A DNA stretch of 64,000 nucleotides from an uncultured Candidatus Kuenenia sp. (GCA_964498325.1 CAZCHF010000002.1:76931-140930), one strand, 5' to 3'. Shown: positions 6,995 through 16,652, counted from the first letter of the stretch. The notes: a model not told the origin generated them from the letters alone. Program-made: numbers and translations.

Positions 6995-8269
6995 TTACTT
7001 GCAGCGACGGCAGCCACGCTTCTTGCAGCAGCTCGACTCGCAGCAGTCGCAGCAATCCGACTTGCAGCAGCAGTCAGCCTTGCAGCAGGGCTCCTCGACG
7101 GCCACGCACACGCACTTGGTGACGGCCACTTCCTTCTCGACCTGGACCGGAACGCAGACGTTGTAGGACACCTTCTTCTCTTCCGAGACGCACTCGTAGG
7201 AGCAAACGGTGTACTTCTCTTCCTTCTGCGTCGGGACCATCACCGTGTAGGTGACTTCCTTGGCGACCGTCTCGGGCACGCACTTCGTGACCGTGTACTC
7301 GCGGGTGCGAGTCTCGGGCTTGCACTTGGTGACCGTGACCTTGCGGGTCTTCTGCTCCGGCACGCACTTGGTGACGGTGTACTCACGGGTCCGCTCTTCT
7401 GGCACGCACTTCGTGACACAGTAGGTGCGGGTCCGCTCCTCTTCCTTGCACTTGGTGACACAGACCTTGCGGGTCCGCTCTTCGTCCCGGCACTTCGTGA
7501 CGGTGTAGGTGCAAGGAACTTCTTCGGTGACGCACTCGTAGGTCGTGCAGGTCACTTCCTTGTCCTCACACGTCGGAACCCAGACCTTCTTGCAGCAGGT
7601 CTTCGGAGGGCATGGGCAGCCGCAGGCGTCGGTCCCACCGGGGATCTCGACCATCTGCGTCTCCCAGTGACCACCACGGACCTTGACGGTCTTCTTGGTC
7701 TCGACCGGAACGCGCTTGGTCACCTTCCGGGTCGCCTTCACCTCTTCGGTGTAGGGAACCTTCACGGTGTACTTCTGCTCCACCTCTTCGGTGTAGGGAA
7801 CCATCACCTTGTAGGTGCAGGTCTTCTCTTCCTTCACCGGCACCATGACGGTGTAGGTGCAGGTCTTCTTCTCTTGGACCGGAACCATCACCGTGTAGGT
7901 CTGCTCGACCTCTTCGGTGTAAGGAACCATGACCGTGTACTCACAGGTCTTGGTCTCCGTGACGTTCTTGTTGACCGTGCAGTTGACGGTCTTCGTCTTC
8001 GTCTCGGGGACACAGACCGTGACCATCCGGGTCTTCTCTTCGGTCTTCGGAACACGCTTCATGACCGTGACGGTCTTCTCGCGGGTTTCCGTCTTGTATT
8101 CCGTGCACATGACCTTCTTCATCTCGGTCACGAGCTCTTTTTTGTAAACCGTGCGGGTGCCACAGCAGGCACTCGCATCACCGCAGGCGCAGTCGCCGGC
8201 CCATGTGCTTGAACACATGGCAACGACGGCGACGGCCGGCATCACGCAAGCCATAAGTTTTCGAATCAC
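6995..8269 (-). CDS. Secreted cysteine-rich YTV-repeat protein
   Basis: The track ORF begins with TTG at 8281. GGAGG at 8279-8275 followed by GTG at 8269 gives VIRKLMACVMPAVAVVAMCSSTWAG, a plausible signal peptide. The body is 14-aa repeats (TYTVMVPxxEExxx; TKCVPExxTRxYTV). The tail is CCKADCCCKSDCCDCCESSCCKKRGCRRCK. The start codon is uncertain. Confidence 0.8.
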   Translation of the reverse strand: MIRKLMACVMPAVAVVAMCSSTWAGDCACGDASACCGTRTVYKKELVTEMKKVMCTEYKTETREKTVTVMKRVPKTEEKTRMVTVCVPETKTKTVNCTVNKNVTETKTCEYTVMVPYTEEVEQTYTVMVPVQEKKTCTYTVMVPVKEEKTCTYKVMVPYTEEVEQKYTVKVPYTEEVKATRKVTKRVPVETKKTVKVRGGHWETQMVEIPGGTDACGCPCPPKTCCKKVWVPTCEDKEVTCTTYECVTEEVPCTYTVTKCRDEERTRKVCVTKCKEEERTRTYCVTKCVPEERTREYTVTKCVPEQKTRKVTVTKCKPETRTREYTVTKCVPETVAKEVTYTVMVPTQKEEKYTVCSYECVSEEKKVSYNVCVPVQVEKEVAVTKCVCVAVEEPCCKADCCCKSDCCDCCESSCCKKRGCRRCK

Positions 8270-8636
8270 GCCAACCTCCAAAAGTAAAGAACGAACGGGA
8301 AGGACCGAGCAGGTTTGCCTCGGGAACTCGCCTGACGCCGGCCGGTCGAAGGGACCAGATTTCTGCGACGACCGAACGCTCGGCCGCCTGATAAGATAGA
8401 TAGGTTACGTCGACAAATCCGGCGTTCAAGGGTCGGGCCAGGAAAATCCGGATGACTTTGACGGCCTGTACCAGGGTTTACCCTGAAGGCGGGGTCGTGG
8501 GCTCCAACATTGGGCCAAAACCTGGCGATTTCCCCGTCGCAAGGGTTGCGACCCACCTCTCGCGGACGCCATACTTTAAATCAGTGGGGAGTGTGTTTTG
8601 TTCGTGAGGGACGGGCACCCGGGGGAGGATTCTGCG

Positions 8637-9074
8637 ATGGACACCGTAGCTGATCTCTTGGCGGCGAAGCCGCGTCACATCGTTTCCACATCGCCAACGG
8701 CCACGGTCCGGCAGGCCACCTGGCTCATGAACGAGCATTCAATCGGGTCGCTCCTGGTGACGGCATCGGATCGCCTCGTCGGCATTTTCACGGAAAGGGA
8801 CGTGCTTCGGCGCGTGGTGGCCGAAGGACGATCGCCCGAGTCCACACCGGTGAGTGATGTCATGACCCGCGAGGTCGTTTGCTGCTCTCCCGACACCTCG
8901 ATCGAAGAAGTGGCCGATCTCATGCGGCGGCGTCGCATTCGCCATGTGCCGATTCTCAATCCCGACGAGTCGGTCGTGGGCGTCGTGTCGATCGGCGACA
9001 TCAACGCCCACCGCTTTGCGACATGCGCGACCGAACTGGTTCAGGTGCAGGCTTACATCATGGGCCGGGCCTGA
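8637..9074 (+). CDS. CBS-pair domain protein
   Basis: ATG at 8637 preceded by GGGGGAGGA. Two CBS-like halves (...IGSLLVTASDRLVGIFTERDVLRRV... and ...IRHVPILNPDESVVGVVSIGDI...). Confidence 0.8.
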   Translation: MDTVADLLAAKPRHIVSTSPTATVRQATWLMNEHSIGSLLVTASDRLVGIFTERDVLRRVVAEGRSPESTPVSDVMTREVVCCSPDTSIEEVADLMRRRRIRHVPILNPDESVVGVVSIGDINAHRFATCATELVQVQAYIMGRA

Positions 9075-9270
9075 CCGTCTGCCGGAGGCGAGTGACCCGT
9101 TCCAGCGAGGCTGTGCGGCCTTGGCGCCGTCGTGTAGGATCGTGGCTCTCCAGGTGCTTCGCCCGCGGAGGCCGGGTGGGGCATCTCGAGCGGTGACGCG
9201 CCAGTCGCCGTCGTCATTCCAACGGAGGGTTCGTTCTGTGCTGCATGATGCTGCTGGCGGTTGCCGCGTG

Positions 9271-10464
9271 ATGGTTTTGCTGCTCACCTGTGTCGCGATC
9301 ACAAGTGGTTGCTCCGACAGCCAAATCTCGCGACGGCCGAAGTTCGATGCCGTCGCCGCCGAGCCTGAACTTCCCGCCGCAGCGGCCCGTGGCCGAAGGC
9401 CCGTCCGGCTCGTCCCCAACGTGACAAGGCCAGCCGAGCCGTTTCGTGTCGGCAAGGCTGCCGTGCCGCCAGCGCGAGTCGCGCATGCCGGCGACGCGAT
9501 GCCCGCCATGATCGCGACCTCCGCAGGAAGCATGCTGCGACTGACTGCCGCTGCCGAAGAGCCGAGGCAGCTCGACACCACGGACACGGCCCAAGCTCCG
9601 TGCATTGCGGAGATCCGCGACATGTTCACGGGCTATCTCCGGGCCTTCAATCGGCATGATGCGGTCGCTGCCGCGGCCTGCTGGGCTCCGGCGGCCGAAA
9701 ACGTGAACCTCGACACCGGCGAAGTGACGAAAGGTCGCGAGGCCGTGCAGGCGGTGTTTACCGCCCTCTTCGATGTCGATCCTGCCGCCACGATCGACAT
9801 CGATGTCGCGTCCATCCGACCCCTCCACGAGGATGTCGCGGTGATCGACGGCGTGTCGCGTGTGGCGTACGAAGACGGAGACGTCATCGCCAGCCGGTTC
9901 TCCGCCGTGGCCGTGCGGCATGATGACGCCTGGCAACTTGCGAGCGTTCGCGAGGCGGGGGCGACCCATGCTGCGGCCAGCCCGAAACCACTTGACGACC
10001 TCGCCTGGCTCGTAGGCTCCTGGGAAAACGTCGGCCCAGGTGTCATCGCCGGTAGCCGCTGCGATTGGTGGGCCGGCGGAACCTACTTGGTCCGCCGTCA
10101 CTCCATCACGCCCGACAGTGGTTCTGGCCAGCCCCCGAAGCCGACTGACACGGCGATCCCGGCCCTCCTGCCGGCCGTCGGATCCGCATCGCACGAGGTC
10201 TGCGAGATCATCGCCTGGGACCCGGAACGCCAGGAGATCCGGTCCTGGATTTTTGGGAGCGACGGCCGCTTTGCTGAAGCCACGTGGCACCGTGACGGCG
10301 ATGCCTGGAGGATCGACGTGGAAGGACGCGGCCTCGACACGGGCCGCAGCGCGACCTGCACGATCCAGAGGGGCGGCGCCGATGCCATCGAGATCCGCTG
10401 TGAGGGCACGGGCCTCGAAGGCCTCGTGCCCCCATCGTGCGGATTTTCAAGAACAGGATCGTAG
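9271..10464 (+). CDS. Lipoprotein with SnoaL/NTF2-like (DUF4440-type) domains
   Basis: Start trimmed to MVLLLTCVAITSGC (lipobox-like ITSGC). The track's N-terminal extension overlaps the CBS gene. NTF2-like segment FTGYLRAFNRHDAVAAAACWAP...AVAVRHDDAWQLASV. Confidence 0.6.
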   Translation: MVLLLTCVAITSGCSDSQISRRPKFDAVAAEPELPAAAARGRRPVRLVPNVTRPAEPFRVGKAAVPPARVAHAGDAMPAMIATSAGSMLRLTAAAEEPRQLDTTDTAQAPCIAEIRDMFTGYLRAFNRHDAVAAAACWAPAAENVNLDTGEVTKGREAVQAVFTALFDVDPAATIDIDVASIRPLHEDVAVIDGVSRVAYEDGDVIASRFSAVAVRHDDAWQLASVREAGATHAAASPKPLDDLAWLVGSWENVGPGVIAGSRCDWWAGGTYLVRRHSITPDSGSGQPPKPTDTAIPALLPAVGSASHEVCEIIAWDPERQEIRSWIFGSDGRFAEATWHRDGDAWRIDVEGRGLDTGRSATCTIQRGGADAIEIRCEGTGLEGLVPPSCGFSRTGS

Positions 10465-10468
10465 GCGG

Positions 10469-11524
10469 CTACTTTTTCGTGGTCGGCTGGGCGGCCATCT
10501 GCTGCCGCTTCACGAAGAACACCTGCGGGTCGTCGATGACCCACGGCGTGCTCCACGTTTTGCCGTCGTCCTGCGTGCAGACGTTGAAGAAGAACGTCTT
10601 CACCCATTCGGTGCGGTAGGCATACGGATACTGCGAGGTCATGTGGTCCTCCGGCGTGAGGTCATCGACGCCGGGGCTCGCGAAGTAGTGGACGACGCCA
10701 TCGGGCGTGAACGACATGCCGAGCGTCCACCAGCCGAGTTGATCGATCCGCTTGCCCATGATCTCGCCGCCGTTGCGACCGCTCCGGATGCGGATGTAGG
10801 CGCCATCTTCCTTGAACTTGGGATCGCTGCTGCTCTCGAAACAGATGAACATGCCCGGCCAATATTCCTCGACGCCATACTTGCCTTTGTCGGGATGATC
10901 TTCGCCCGTGATGATCGCATGGGTGAAGCAGCCGGCACGAAACCCGAAGCTCGGCCCCGATCGCTTTTCCCACTGCTCATACGGCGGCAGGTACACCCGC
11001 ACGACGAAACTCGGGCTGTCACCCACCGACATGCCGCGGCCCCCGGTGAACTTGCCGAGGTTGTAGATCAGGTCGTCCTGCTGCATGGTGTAGGTGGTGC
11101 GGCCAGGAATGCCGGCGTGGAGCGTGGCCATGAGCATGCCATGGGTGCTGCCCTCGAGACCGGGAGCGGGGAGTTCCACCCGCTTGACGACGTCGGGGAT
11201 GCCCCGCTTCGGGCCCTCGAACCACCGGCCGTTGGTGCTCTTGGCGAGCGGCCCGCGCATCCGCTTGTCTTGTTCCTCGGAGCTCTTTGGGTGGTTGTAG
11301 TTCATCTTCCACTTCTCGTCCTCGAAGTCGTCGATGACGTTCTTGACGAGGGTGCCGGTGCCGGGGACGAGCGGCGGACGGTCGGGCACTGGCCCGCCGA
11401 CTTTGCCGGAAGGCTGATTCGCTCGCGTGAGCCCACCAAAGAAGCGGCCGGGCGCTGCATCGGCGATCGCAAGCCACCCACATGCCACGAGAACACCTGC
11501 CCCAACTGCACAACGAGCGAGCAT
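10469..11524 (-). CDS. Secreted hypothetical protein
   Basis: Start trimmed to MLARCAVGAGVLVACGWLAIADA (signal peptide). Long ORF with non-degenerate composition. No family recognised. Confidence 0.55.
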   Translation of the reverse strand: MLARCAVGAGVLVACGWLAIADAAPGRFFGGLTRANQPSGKVGGPVPDRPPLVPGTGTLVKNVIDDFEDEKWKMNYNHPKSSEEQDKRMRGPLAKSTNGRWFEGPKRGIPDVVKRVELPAPGLEGSTHGMLMATLHAGIPGRTTYTMQQDDLIYNLGKFTGGRGMSVGDSPSFVVRVYLPPYEQWEKRSGPSFGFRAGCFTHAIITGEDHPDKGKYGVEEYWPGMFICFESSSDPKFKEDGAYIRIRSGRNGGEIMGKRIDQLGWWTLGMSFTPDGVVHYFASPGVDDLTPEDHMTSQYPYAYRTEWVKTFFFNVCTQDDGKTWSTPWVIDDPQVFFVKRQQMAAQPTTKK

Positions 11525-11835
11525 GTCGCGTCTCCGTCTGTTCCGACACCCGACGAACAGAGGGCACCAGACCCTCCGACCTGTCCGTCGGTATCGACTC
11601 TGCCGATCAATCGTCACCACGGGGGACTGTTTCGGCCGTTCTTCTGCCCTGGCTTGTGCGGCCTGCCCCTGAACCGGGGGTTCCCAAATCTCCGCCGCCG
11701 CCGTTGCTTCTCCAAATTCCGCGCCCCCGAAAAATCTCGGAGGAATCCCCTGGCATAGACCGGAGAAAAACGTCACATACCCGTTCGGCGAGTGGACATG
11801 CTTCCGTGTGCTCGTCGACCCAGGACTCCCGTCAC

Positions 11836-12720
11836 ATGCCGATTGCGGAATCGATCATGACATCGCTTCGAGCTGTTGGTCTTCGCCGTCCATCTTGCTT
11901 TGCCATGCTGGCCACCGTGTGGTTGTCGCCGGTGGCGGTCGCCGCAGACGGGCCGCCTCCAAGCCGATCGCATCTCGTGCCGGTGTCCGAGGCCGCCAGG
12001 ACGCCCGCACCGGCGGCAGGCCTCGGCATGACGCTCTCGCGTGCGTCTCCGGTGCTCCGTCGGCAACTCGCGCTCACGCGGGGCGCCGGTCTCGTCGTCG
12101 ACTCGGTGACGCCTGGATCCGCGGCCGCTCGCGCAGGCTTCGAGCCCCATGACGTGGTGGTGCGGCTCGACGACCAGATCCTCGTCCTTCCAGAACAACT
12201 CGACGCCCTCCTGGAGTGGGCCGAACCGGAAGACCCGCTCGAATGCACCGTGCTTCGGGGGGGCCGCTCGGTTTCGATTTCGCTCGCGGGCAAGATCGCC
12301 CGGCAAACGCCGCAGGTCCGCGGCCTCCGACCGACGGCCTCATCACTGGCGCTAGTGAAACCCCCGAAGCCGAAGAGCGTTGCCCCTGAAGCGCAGCTTC
12401 GGCGTCTCTCAGACGAGACCCTGCTTCGCGAAGATGGCGACTATCGGATTCAGCTCACTCGCGGTGACGACACGCGGCTGACGGTGAGCGACCTTACGGG
12501 GCAGATCGTTTTCGACGGGGTAATCGACACCGCCGCGGCACAGGCACGGATTCCGACCGCCGTTCGGGGGCGCGTGGTTGCCATGATGCAGTCGCTCGAA
12601 CAGCGTCCCGCAGCCAATGGCCAGCTTGCCGGTGGAGTCCAGCCCGTATCGGCATCCCAGCCCGCCGGAAGCCACGAGCGAATCGGCCAACTCGATGTCC
12701 CTGCGATCGAGCTGCGGTAG
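11836..12720 (+). CDS. PDZ-domain secreted protein
   Basis: Start trimmed to the ATG at 11836. Signal-like segment (FAMLATVWLSPVAVAA). PDZ-like segment (GLGMTL...GAGLVVDSVTPGSAAARAGFEPHDVVVRLDDQ). Confidence 0.6.
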   Translation: MPIAESIMTSLRAVGLRRPSCFAMLATVWLSPVAVAADGPPPSRSHLVPVSEAARTPAPAAGLGMTLSRASPVLRRQLALTRGAGLVVDSVTPGSAAARAGFEPHDVVVRLDDQILVLPEQLDALLEWAEPEDPLECTVLRGGRSVSISLAGKIARQTPQVRGLRPTASSLALVKPPKPKSVAPEAQLRRLSDETLLREDGDYRIQLTRGDDTRLTVSDLTGQIVFDGVIDTAAAQARIPTAVRGRVVAMMQSLEQRPAANGQLAGGVQPVSASQPAGSHERIGQLDVPAIELR

Positions 12721-12732
12721 GCGACCAACGCA

Positions 12733-12862
12733 GGGCCGCCCGGGTCATGTCGCCGGACGTTTGCGACGGGCGTCGGGCCCGTCGCTGCACTCGAAGAAAT
12801 CCTCGCTTCGCCCTCCAGGCTTCGCTCGGCTTTCTACGCCGGCTCCATGACCCGGGCGACCC
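12733..12862 (+). repeat. Palindrome-ended intergenic repeat element, copy 2
   Basis: Termini GGGCCGCCCGGGTCATG / CATGACCCGGGCGACCC. Inner hairpin GCGACGGGC-gtcgg-GCCCGTCGC. Same conserved core as copy 1. Lies between convergent genes. Confidence 0.85.
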
Positions 12863-12881
12863 TGCTCCCGGCGCGCTTGAG

Positions 12882-15446
12882 CTACCAGCGACCCGTGGCG
12901 ATGTCGCGGGTCCAGCCGCTTCCCGATGAGTCGCTCGAGGGTGGTGGGGTGACCGTACGTGATGATGATCCGCTCGACCGCCATGGGCTTGGACCTGAGA
13001 GCGGCCCGGTCGGAAGGTTGATGACCCAGGGGCCGGCGCCACGGCTCGTGCGCTGAAACGCTTCTTCCATCTGCTGCCGGCGCTGCGCCGCCTCGCGCCG
13101 CTGCCGACGACGCTCCGCTTCCGCGGTGGCCGTCGCATAGGCGAGCCGCGCCAGTTGTGAGGCCTCGGCCGCGGCGCGGATGGCGTCTTCATATCGCTGC
13201 TGGTCGAGCAGCCGTTCGGCCGAGTCGCGGGCAGCCTTGGCAGGGAGAATGTCGACCCGCACACCCTCCGCATACCAGGCTCGGGCTCGACGGATCGCGG
13301 CATCTGCCTCGTCGAGGTCAGCCCGCGCCTGCCGGGACAGTCGCTCGTCTTCCGCGGCCAGTTCCTCGCCGCGAGCCACGGCCGTATCGACCGCATCGAT
13401 GACGCGGGCGATCTGCCGTGGGTCGGGGCGAGGCTCGCGCATCAGGTCGCTGGCAACCTCCACAAGCCGTTCGGCCTCCCGGCGCCGCTCAGCGGCCCGT
13501 GCCCGGTCCGTCCGTTGCCGATCGAGGGCGATGGCTAGCGCCCCAGTCGCGGTCCGGCTCGCCTGCAAGCGCGCGGGCAACGACGCCGCAAGGCGATCGA
13601 GGTCCTGACGGCGCTCGGCGACCGCCGCGACAAGCGACTCGGACCACGCTGCCTGACGTTCCGCTTCTTCAAGCTCCGCCACGGCGCGAAAGTAGTGTTG
13701 GGTCTCCGGCGCAGCCGCGACGGTGGCCTCGCCGAGCAACTGCCGCGCATGGGTCAGCGCCTCATCGGCCTCGAGCAGGTTGTCAGCGACGTCGCTCCAG
13801 GCCGTGTGGGCATACCGCTCACCGAGATGCAGGCGGTCCGTCTCGGCCCGCGACCGCGCGGCGATGAGCTTGTCGAGCCGGGCTGCCAACCCGGGCATGA
13901 GCTGCTCGGCCCGGGTGCGCGCTGCGGCGACGCTTTCGAGCAGCTTCGCCGCAGCGGCGACCGCCTCGTCGGCAAGACCCAAACGTTGCCTCACATGCTC
14001 GAGGTCGGCCGAGTCGAGGAGGCGAGCTGCGAGGTCGGCTTCGGCGACGCCCTGGTCGAGCAAGGTTTCCGGATCAGCGCCAGGCTCCACAAGCAACCAG
14101 CCCTCCGCCCGCCGCGCCGAGGCCCGGGCCCGCACGTCGTTGATGCGTTCCACCAGATCCCGTCGGCGATCATCCGCCGCCTCGATCGCTTCCACAGCTT
14201 CGATCATCGAATCGATCTTGGTTCGGGCTGCTTCGAGTCGACCGCGTGCGGCGACGGGATCGGGCTCGACTTCCGCCGATGCAAGCGTCTGGGCCCTCCT
14301 CGCCTCGGCGACCGTCGCGTCGAAAGGAGCCGACGATCGCCCCCGATGGGAGAGGCTGTCGAGGCGCAGGGAAGCGGATGCGAGATCCGCATCGAGCGCC
14401 TCGGCCAAGGCGCGTGCCGTTTCGTGGGCACTTTCCAGGGCATCGAGCGGCGACTGGCATGCCCCTCGCACCTCGTCGAGCGGCGGCCTCGCCTCGGCCG
14501 TGGCGAGCATCGCGATCACGTCGTCGCTCGCCTCGGTGCCCAAAAGCCACTCCTGGTCCAGCCGCTGCTGTGCCTTGTCCCACGTCTCCATGAGCGACAG
14601 CCACCGTTCGCGATACCGCCGAATGGCATCCTGCACCGCGTCGTAGGCATCGCGAGTCATGCCGCGCATCGGCGTGCGAAAATCGGGGTCTGAATGAGGC
14701 AGCATTCGATGCCGCTCCTGGGAGGCATCGAGGAGATCGGAAAGGGCGACCACATCCCCTTTGAAGCGTGCGAGTGCCTCGCGGGCCTTGTTCATCCGTG
14801 CCACCGCCCGCCACCGCACGAGTGCGAACGCGGCGAGGATGCCAGTGGCCGCAATCGCACCCACCGCAGTGGGGAGCGTGCGCGTCCGAAAGATTCTGGC
14901 GTGCTCGGCTCGGCGGATGCGATCTGCTATCCCGCCGGTCAGTGCCTGGTCGATTGCAGCGACGAGCGAGGCAAGCCCATCGGCGTAGCGCATGTCCTTG
15001 GCCTTCGGGACAAACGCCTTCGCGATGACCGTGCGTTCAATCGCCCGCATGTCGAGGCCGGCGGCGCTTGCGAGGGACGGCGGGATGTCGATCGCCACCG
15101 AACGGTCACCGAGATCGACGACGACCGTGATGTCGGCCCCGGGGTCAAAACGGGTGGCATCACGAGCCTCCCACCAGCGGTCGACGATTCGTGGAAGCAG
15201 CGCGGCAGCGCCTCCCGTCGCCCCGTCAGACTTCGTCACCACCGCGCGGTAGCGGCGACCGCTGGCAGCTTTCGCCGCGTCGATGGCCTTGCGGGCAATG
15301 TCAAAATCGTCCTTGATGCCAGGCTCGACGAAGACCGTCGTCGCGCCGTCGACTGCCGGGAGAAACTCTTCGGCCGGTGCTGGGACGGCGGAGCCCAGAG
15401 CCAGGGCGATCAGCAGAAGCCACCCGGAGCTCGTTCGTTCGTGCAT
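12882..15446 (-). CDS. TPM-domain membrane protein with very long Ala/Arg/Glu-rich helical C-terminal region
   Basis: Start set at MHERTSSGWLLLIALALGSAVPAPA (signal peptide; the alternative ATG is at 15473). TPM/TLP18.3-like domain (about nt 14900-15360). One TM helix (about 14811-14879). About 600 aa of helical low-complexity sequence, then a Ser/Gly/Pro tail ending in W. Confidence 0.7.
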   Translation of the reverse strand: MHERTSSGWLLLIALALGSAVPAPAEEFLPAVDGATTVFVEPGIKDDFDIARKAIDAAKAASGRRYRAVVTKSDGATGGAAALLPRIVDRWWEARDATRFDPGADITVVVDLGDRSVAIDIPPSLASAAGLDMRAIERTVIAKAFVPKAKDMRYADGLASLVAAIDQALTGGIADRIRRAEHARIFRTRTLPTAVGAIAATGILAAFALVRWRAVARMNKAREALARFKGDVVALSDLLDASQERHRMLPHSDPDFRTPMRGMTRDAYDAVQDAIRRYRERWLSLMETWDKAQQRLDQEWLLGTEASDDVIAMLATAEARPPLDEVRGACQSPLDALESAHETARALAEALDADLASASLRLDSLSHRGRSSAPFDATVAEARRAQTLASAEVEPDPVAARGRLEAARTKIDSMIEAVEAIEAADDRRRDLVERINDVRARASARRAEGWLLVEPGADPETLLDQGVAEADLAARLLDSADLEHVRQRLGLADEAVAAAAKLLESVAAARTRAEQLMPGLAARLDKLIAARSRAETDRLHLGERYAHTAWSDVADNLLEADEALTHARQLLGEATVAAAPETQHYFRAVAELEEAERQAAWSESLVAAVAERRQDLDRLAASLPARLQASRTATGALAIALDRQRTDRARAAERRREAERLVEVASDLMREPRPDPRQIARVIDAVDTAVARGEELAAEDERLSRQARADLDEADAAIRRARAWYAEGVRVDILPAKAARDSAERLLDQQRYEDAIRAAAEASQLARLAYATATAEAERRRQRREAAQRRQQMEEAFQRTSRGAGPWVINLPTGPLSGPSPWRSSGSSSRTVTPPPSSDSSGSGWTRDIATGRW

Positions 15447-15453
15447 GGCAGCG

Positions 15454-15759
15454 TTATGGTTCGGTTCCATCATTCAAGATGCCTTCACTCGAGACAAGAA
15501 TTCCGAGTTCGCTCGCTGCTGCTTCCGCGAGTGCCCAGGTAGTGGGGTCGCCGGCCGAGATGATGGCGACCGCACCAAGGGCCTTCGCTTCATTCACGAT
15601 CGCTTCCACCGTCGACGGTCCGGCGAGGCGCACCCGGTAGAGACGGTGGGCCGCCTGGAAGCGACGGGCCCAGTTCGGTCCGCCGGAGGCGATCGCACCG
15701 TTGTCGGCCACGACGAGGATCGGTCCTGGTGGCAGATGCTCGAGCGACGTGGCGTTCAC
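15454..15759 (-). CDS. Small hypothetical protein (101 aa)
   Basis: GTG start overlaps the upstream stop (GTGA). High third-position GC. The opposite-strand ORF is Arg-rich junk. No family recognised. Confidence 0.45.
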   Translation of the reverse strand: MNATSLEHLPPGPILVVADNGAIASGGPNWARRFQAAHRLYRVRLAGPSTVEAIVNEAKALGAVAIISAGDPTTWALAEAAASELGILVSSEGILNDGTEP

Positions 15760-16652
15760 GGGCCGTAGCCGCCGATGTCTTCAGCGGTGACTCGCGGAGG
15801 AGAAAACGTCGGCGGCCGCGGAGCCGAAGGAGCAAGCGGCGTCTGCGTTGTCTGACGCGGAGTCGTTTGGCCCGGCAGGATGAGGGCTCCAGTCTGACCA
15901 GGCTTTCTCAACGTGGGCAGGAGGCCCCCGCCAGTGGTCGGAGTTTTGGCTGTGGTGGCAGGGGACCTTTCAGCTTCATGCTGCTGTGCCCGAAACCGTC
16001 CGGCGTTGAGGTCGGACCACGCGTTCGATCCGTACCCCGAGACAGCCGGTGGGGCGCCGGCCCGCGGGCCACCGAGGCCGGCAGTGCCCGTTTTCGTCGG
16101 CGGAAGCCAGGAGGCGCGACTCGAGCGTTCGACGGGGGACGGTAGCGGACTGTCGCTCGGCTTGCTGGAAAGGTTCGGCATGCGTGGCAAGCCCGGCACC
16201 GGGTCTTTGGTGGTGATCGGTGCAAGCAACTCAGCCATCGGTTTGGGGCGGGTGCTCTTCGGTTTCCCGACTCCCTCCTTGTCGCCAGGCTCTTCGGGCG
16301 GTGGCGACGGGATCTCGGGGGGAAGCTGATACGGCGGCGGCTCATCGCCCCCCGCGCGCGATGGTGATTCGCCACGGGGAAGACCGGTCACGGGGTCGAT
16401 GCCGGATTCGAGTTGCATCTCGTTTCGTTGCCGACGCATCCGCGCCCGGGCGATGTCGGCCTCCGACTTGCTGATCGTGCCATCGCCGTCGAGATCCCAA
16501 CGGCGCACGAGTTCCTCGCGGGTCAGCCCCGTTGTCGGCGAAGTGCCCAGGCCATTGCTCCCTGTCGGAACCTGGGCCATGGCAGACGGCATGGCGAGCA
16601 GGGCCACGGCGAACCCGAGTGTCGATGCGCGCAGGGACGGCAATTTCCACAT
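15756..16652 (-). CDS. Secreted EF-hand-motif, proline-rich protein
   Basis: Signal peptide MWKLPSLRASTLGFAVALLAMPSAMA. Canonical EF-hand loop DLDGDGTISKSE. The remainder is Pro/Thr/Ser/Gly-rich. Confidence 0.65.
   Translation of the reverse strand: MWKLPSLRASTLGFAVALLAMPSAMAQVPTGSNGLGTSPTTGLTREELVRRWDLDGDGTISKSEADIARARMRRQRNEMQLESGIDPVTGLPRGESPSRAGGDEPPPYQLPPEIPSPPPEEPGDKEGVGKPKSTRPKPMAELLAPITTKDPVPGLPRMPNLSSKPSDSPLPSPVERSSRASWLPPTKTGTAGLGGPRAGAPPAVSGYGSNAWSDLNAGRFRAQQHEAERSPATTAKTPTTGGGLLPTLRKPGQTGALILPGQTTPRQTTQTPLAPSAPRPPTFSPPRVTAEDIGGYGP

Noticed and set aside
8270-8636. A 350-nt divergent intergenic region between the YTV-protein gene and the CBS gene, inspected for a tRNA, small RNA or riboswitch.
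   Set aside because: I found no cloverleaf-compatible segments or T-loop consensus (GGTTCGA.TCC), and no strong conserved hairpins. It probably holds just two promoters and 5' UTRs.
8944-9270. The upstream part of track ORF 8944-10464, which overlaps the CBS gene.
   Set aside because: It overlaps a well-supported CBS gene in another frame and has Arg/Ser/Pro-rich junk composition. A lipoprotein-type signal peptide begins at the internal ATG at 9271.
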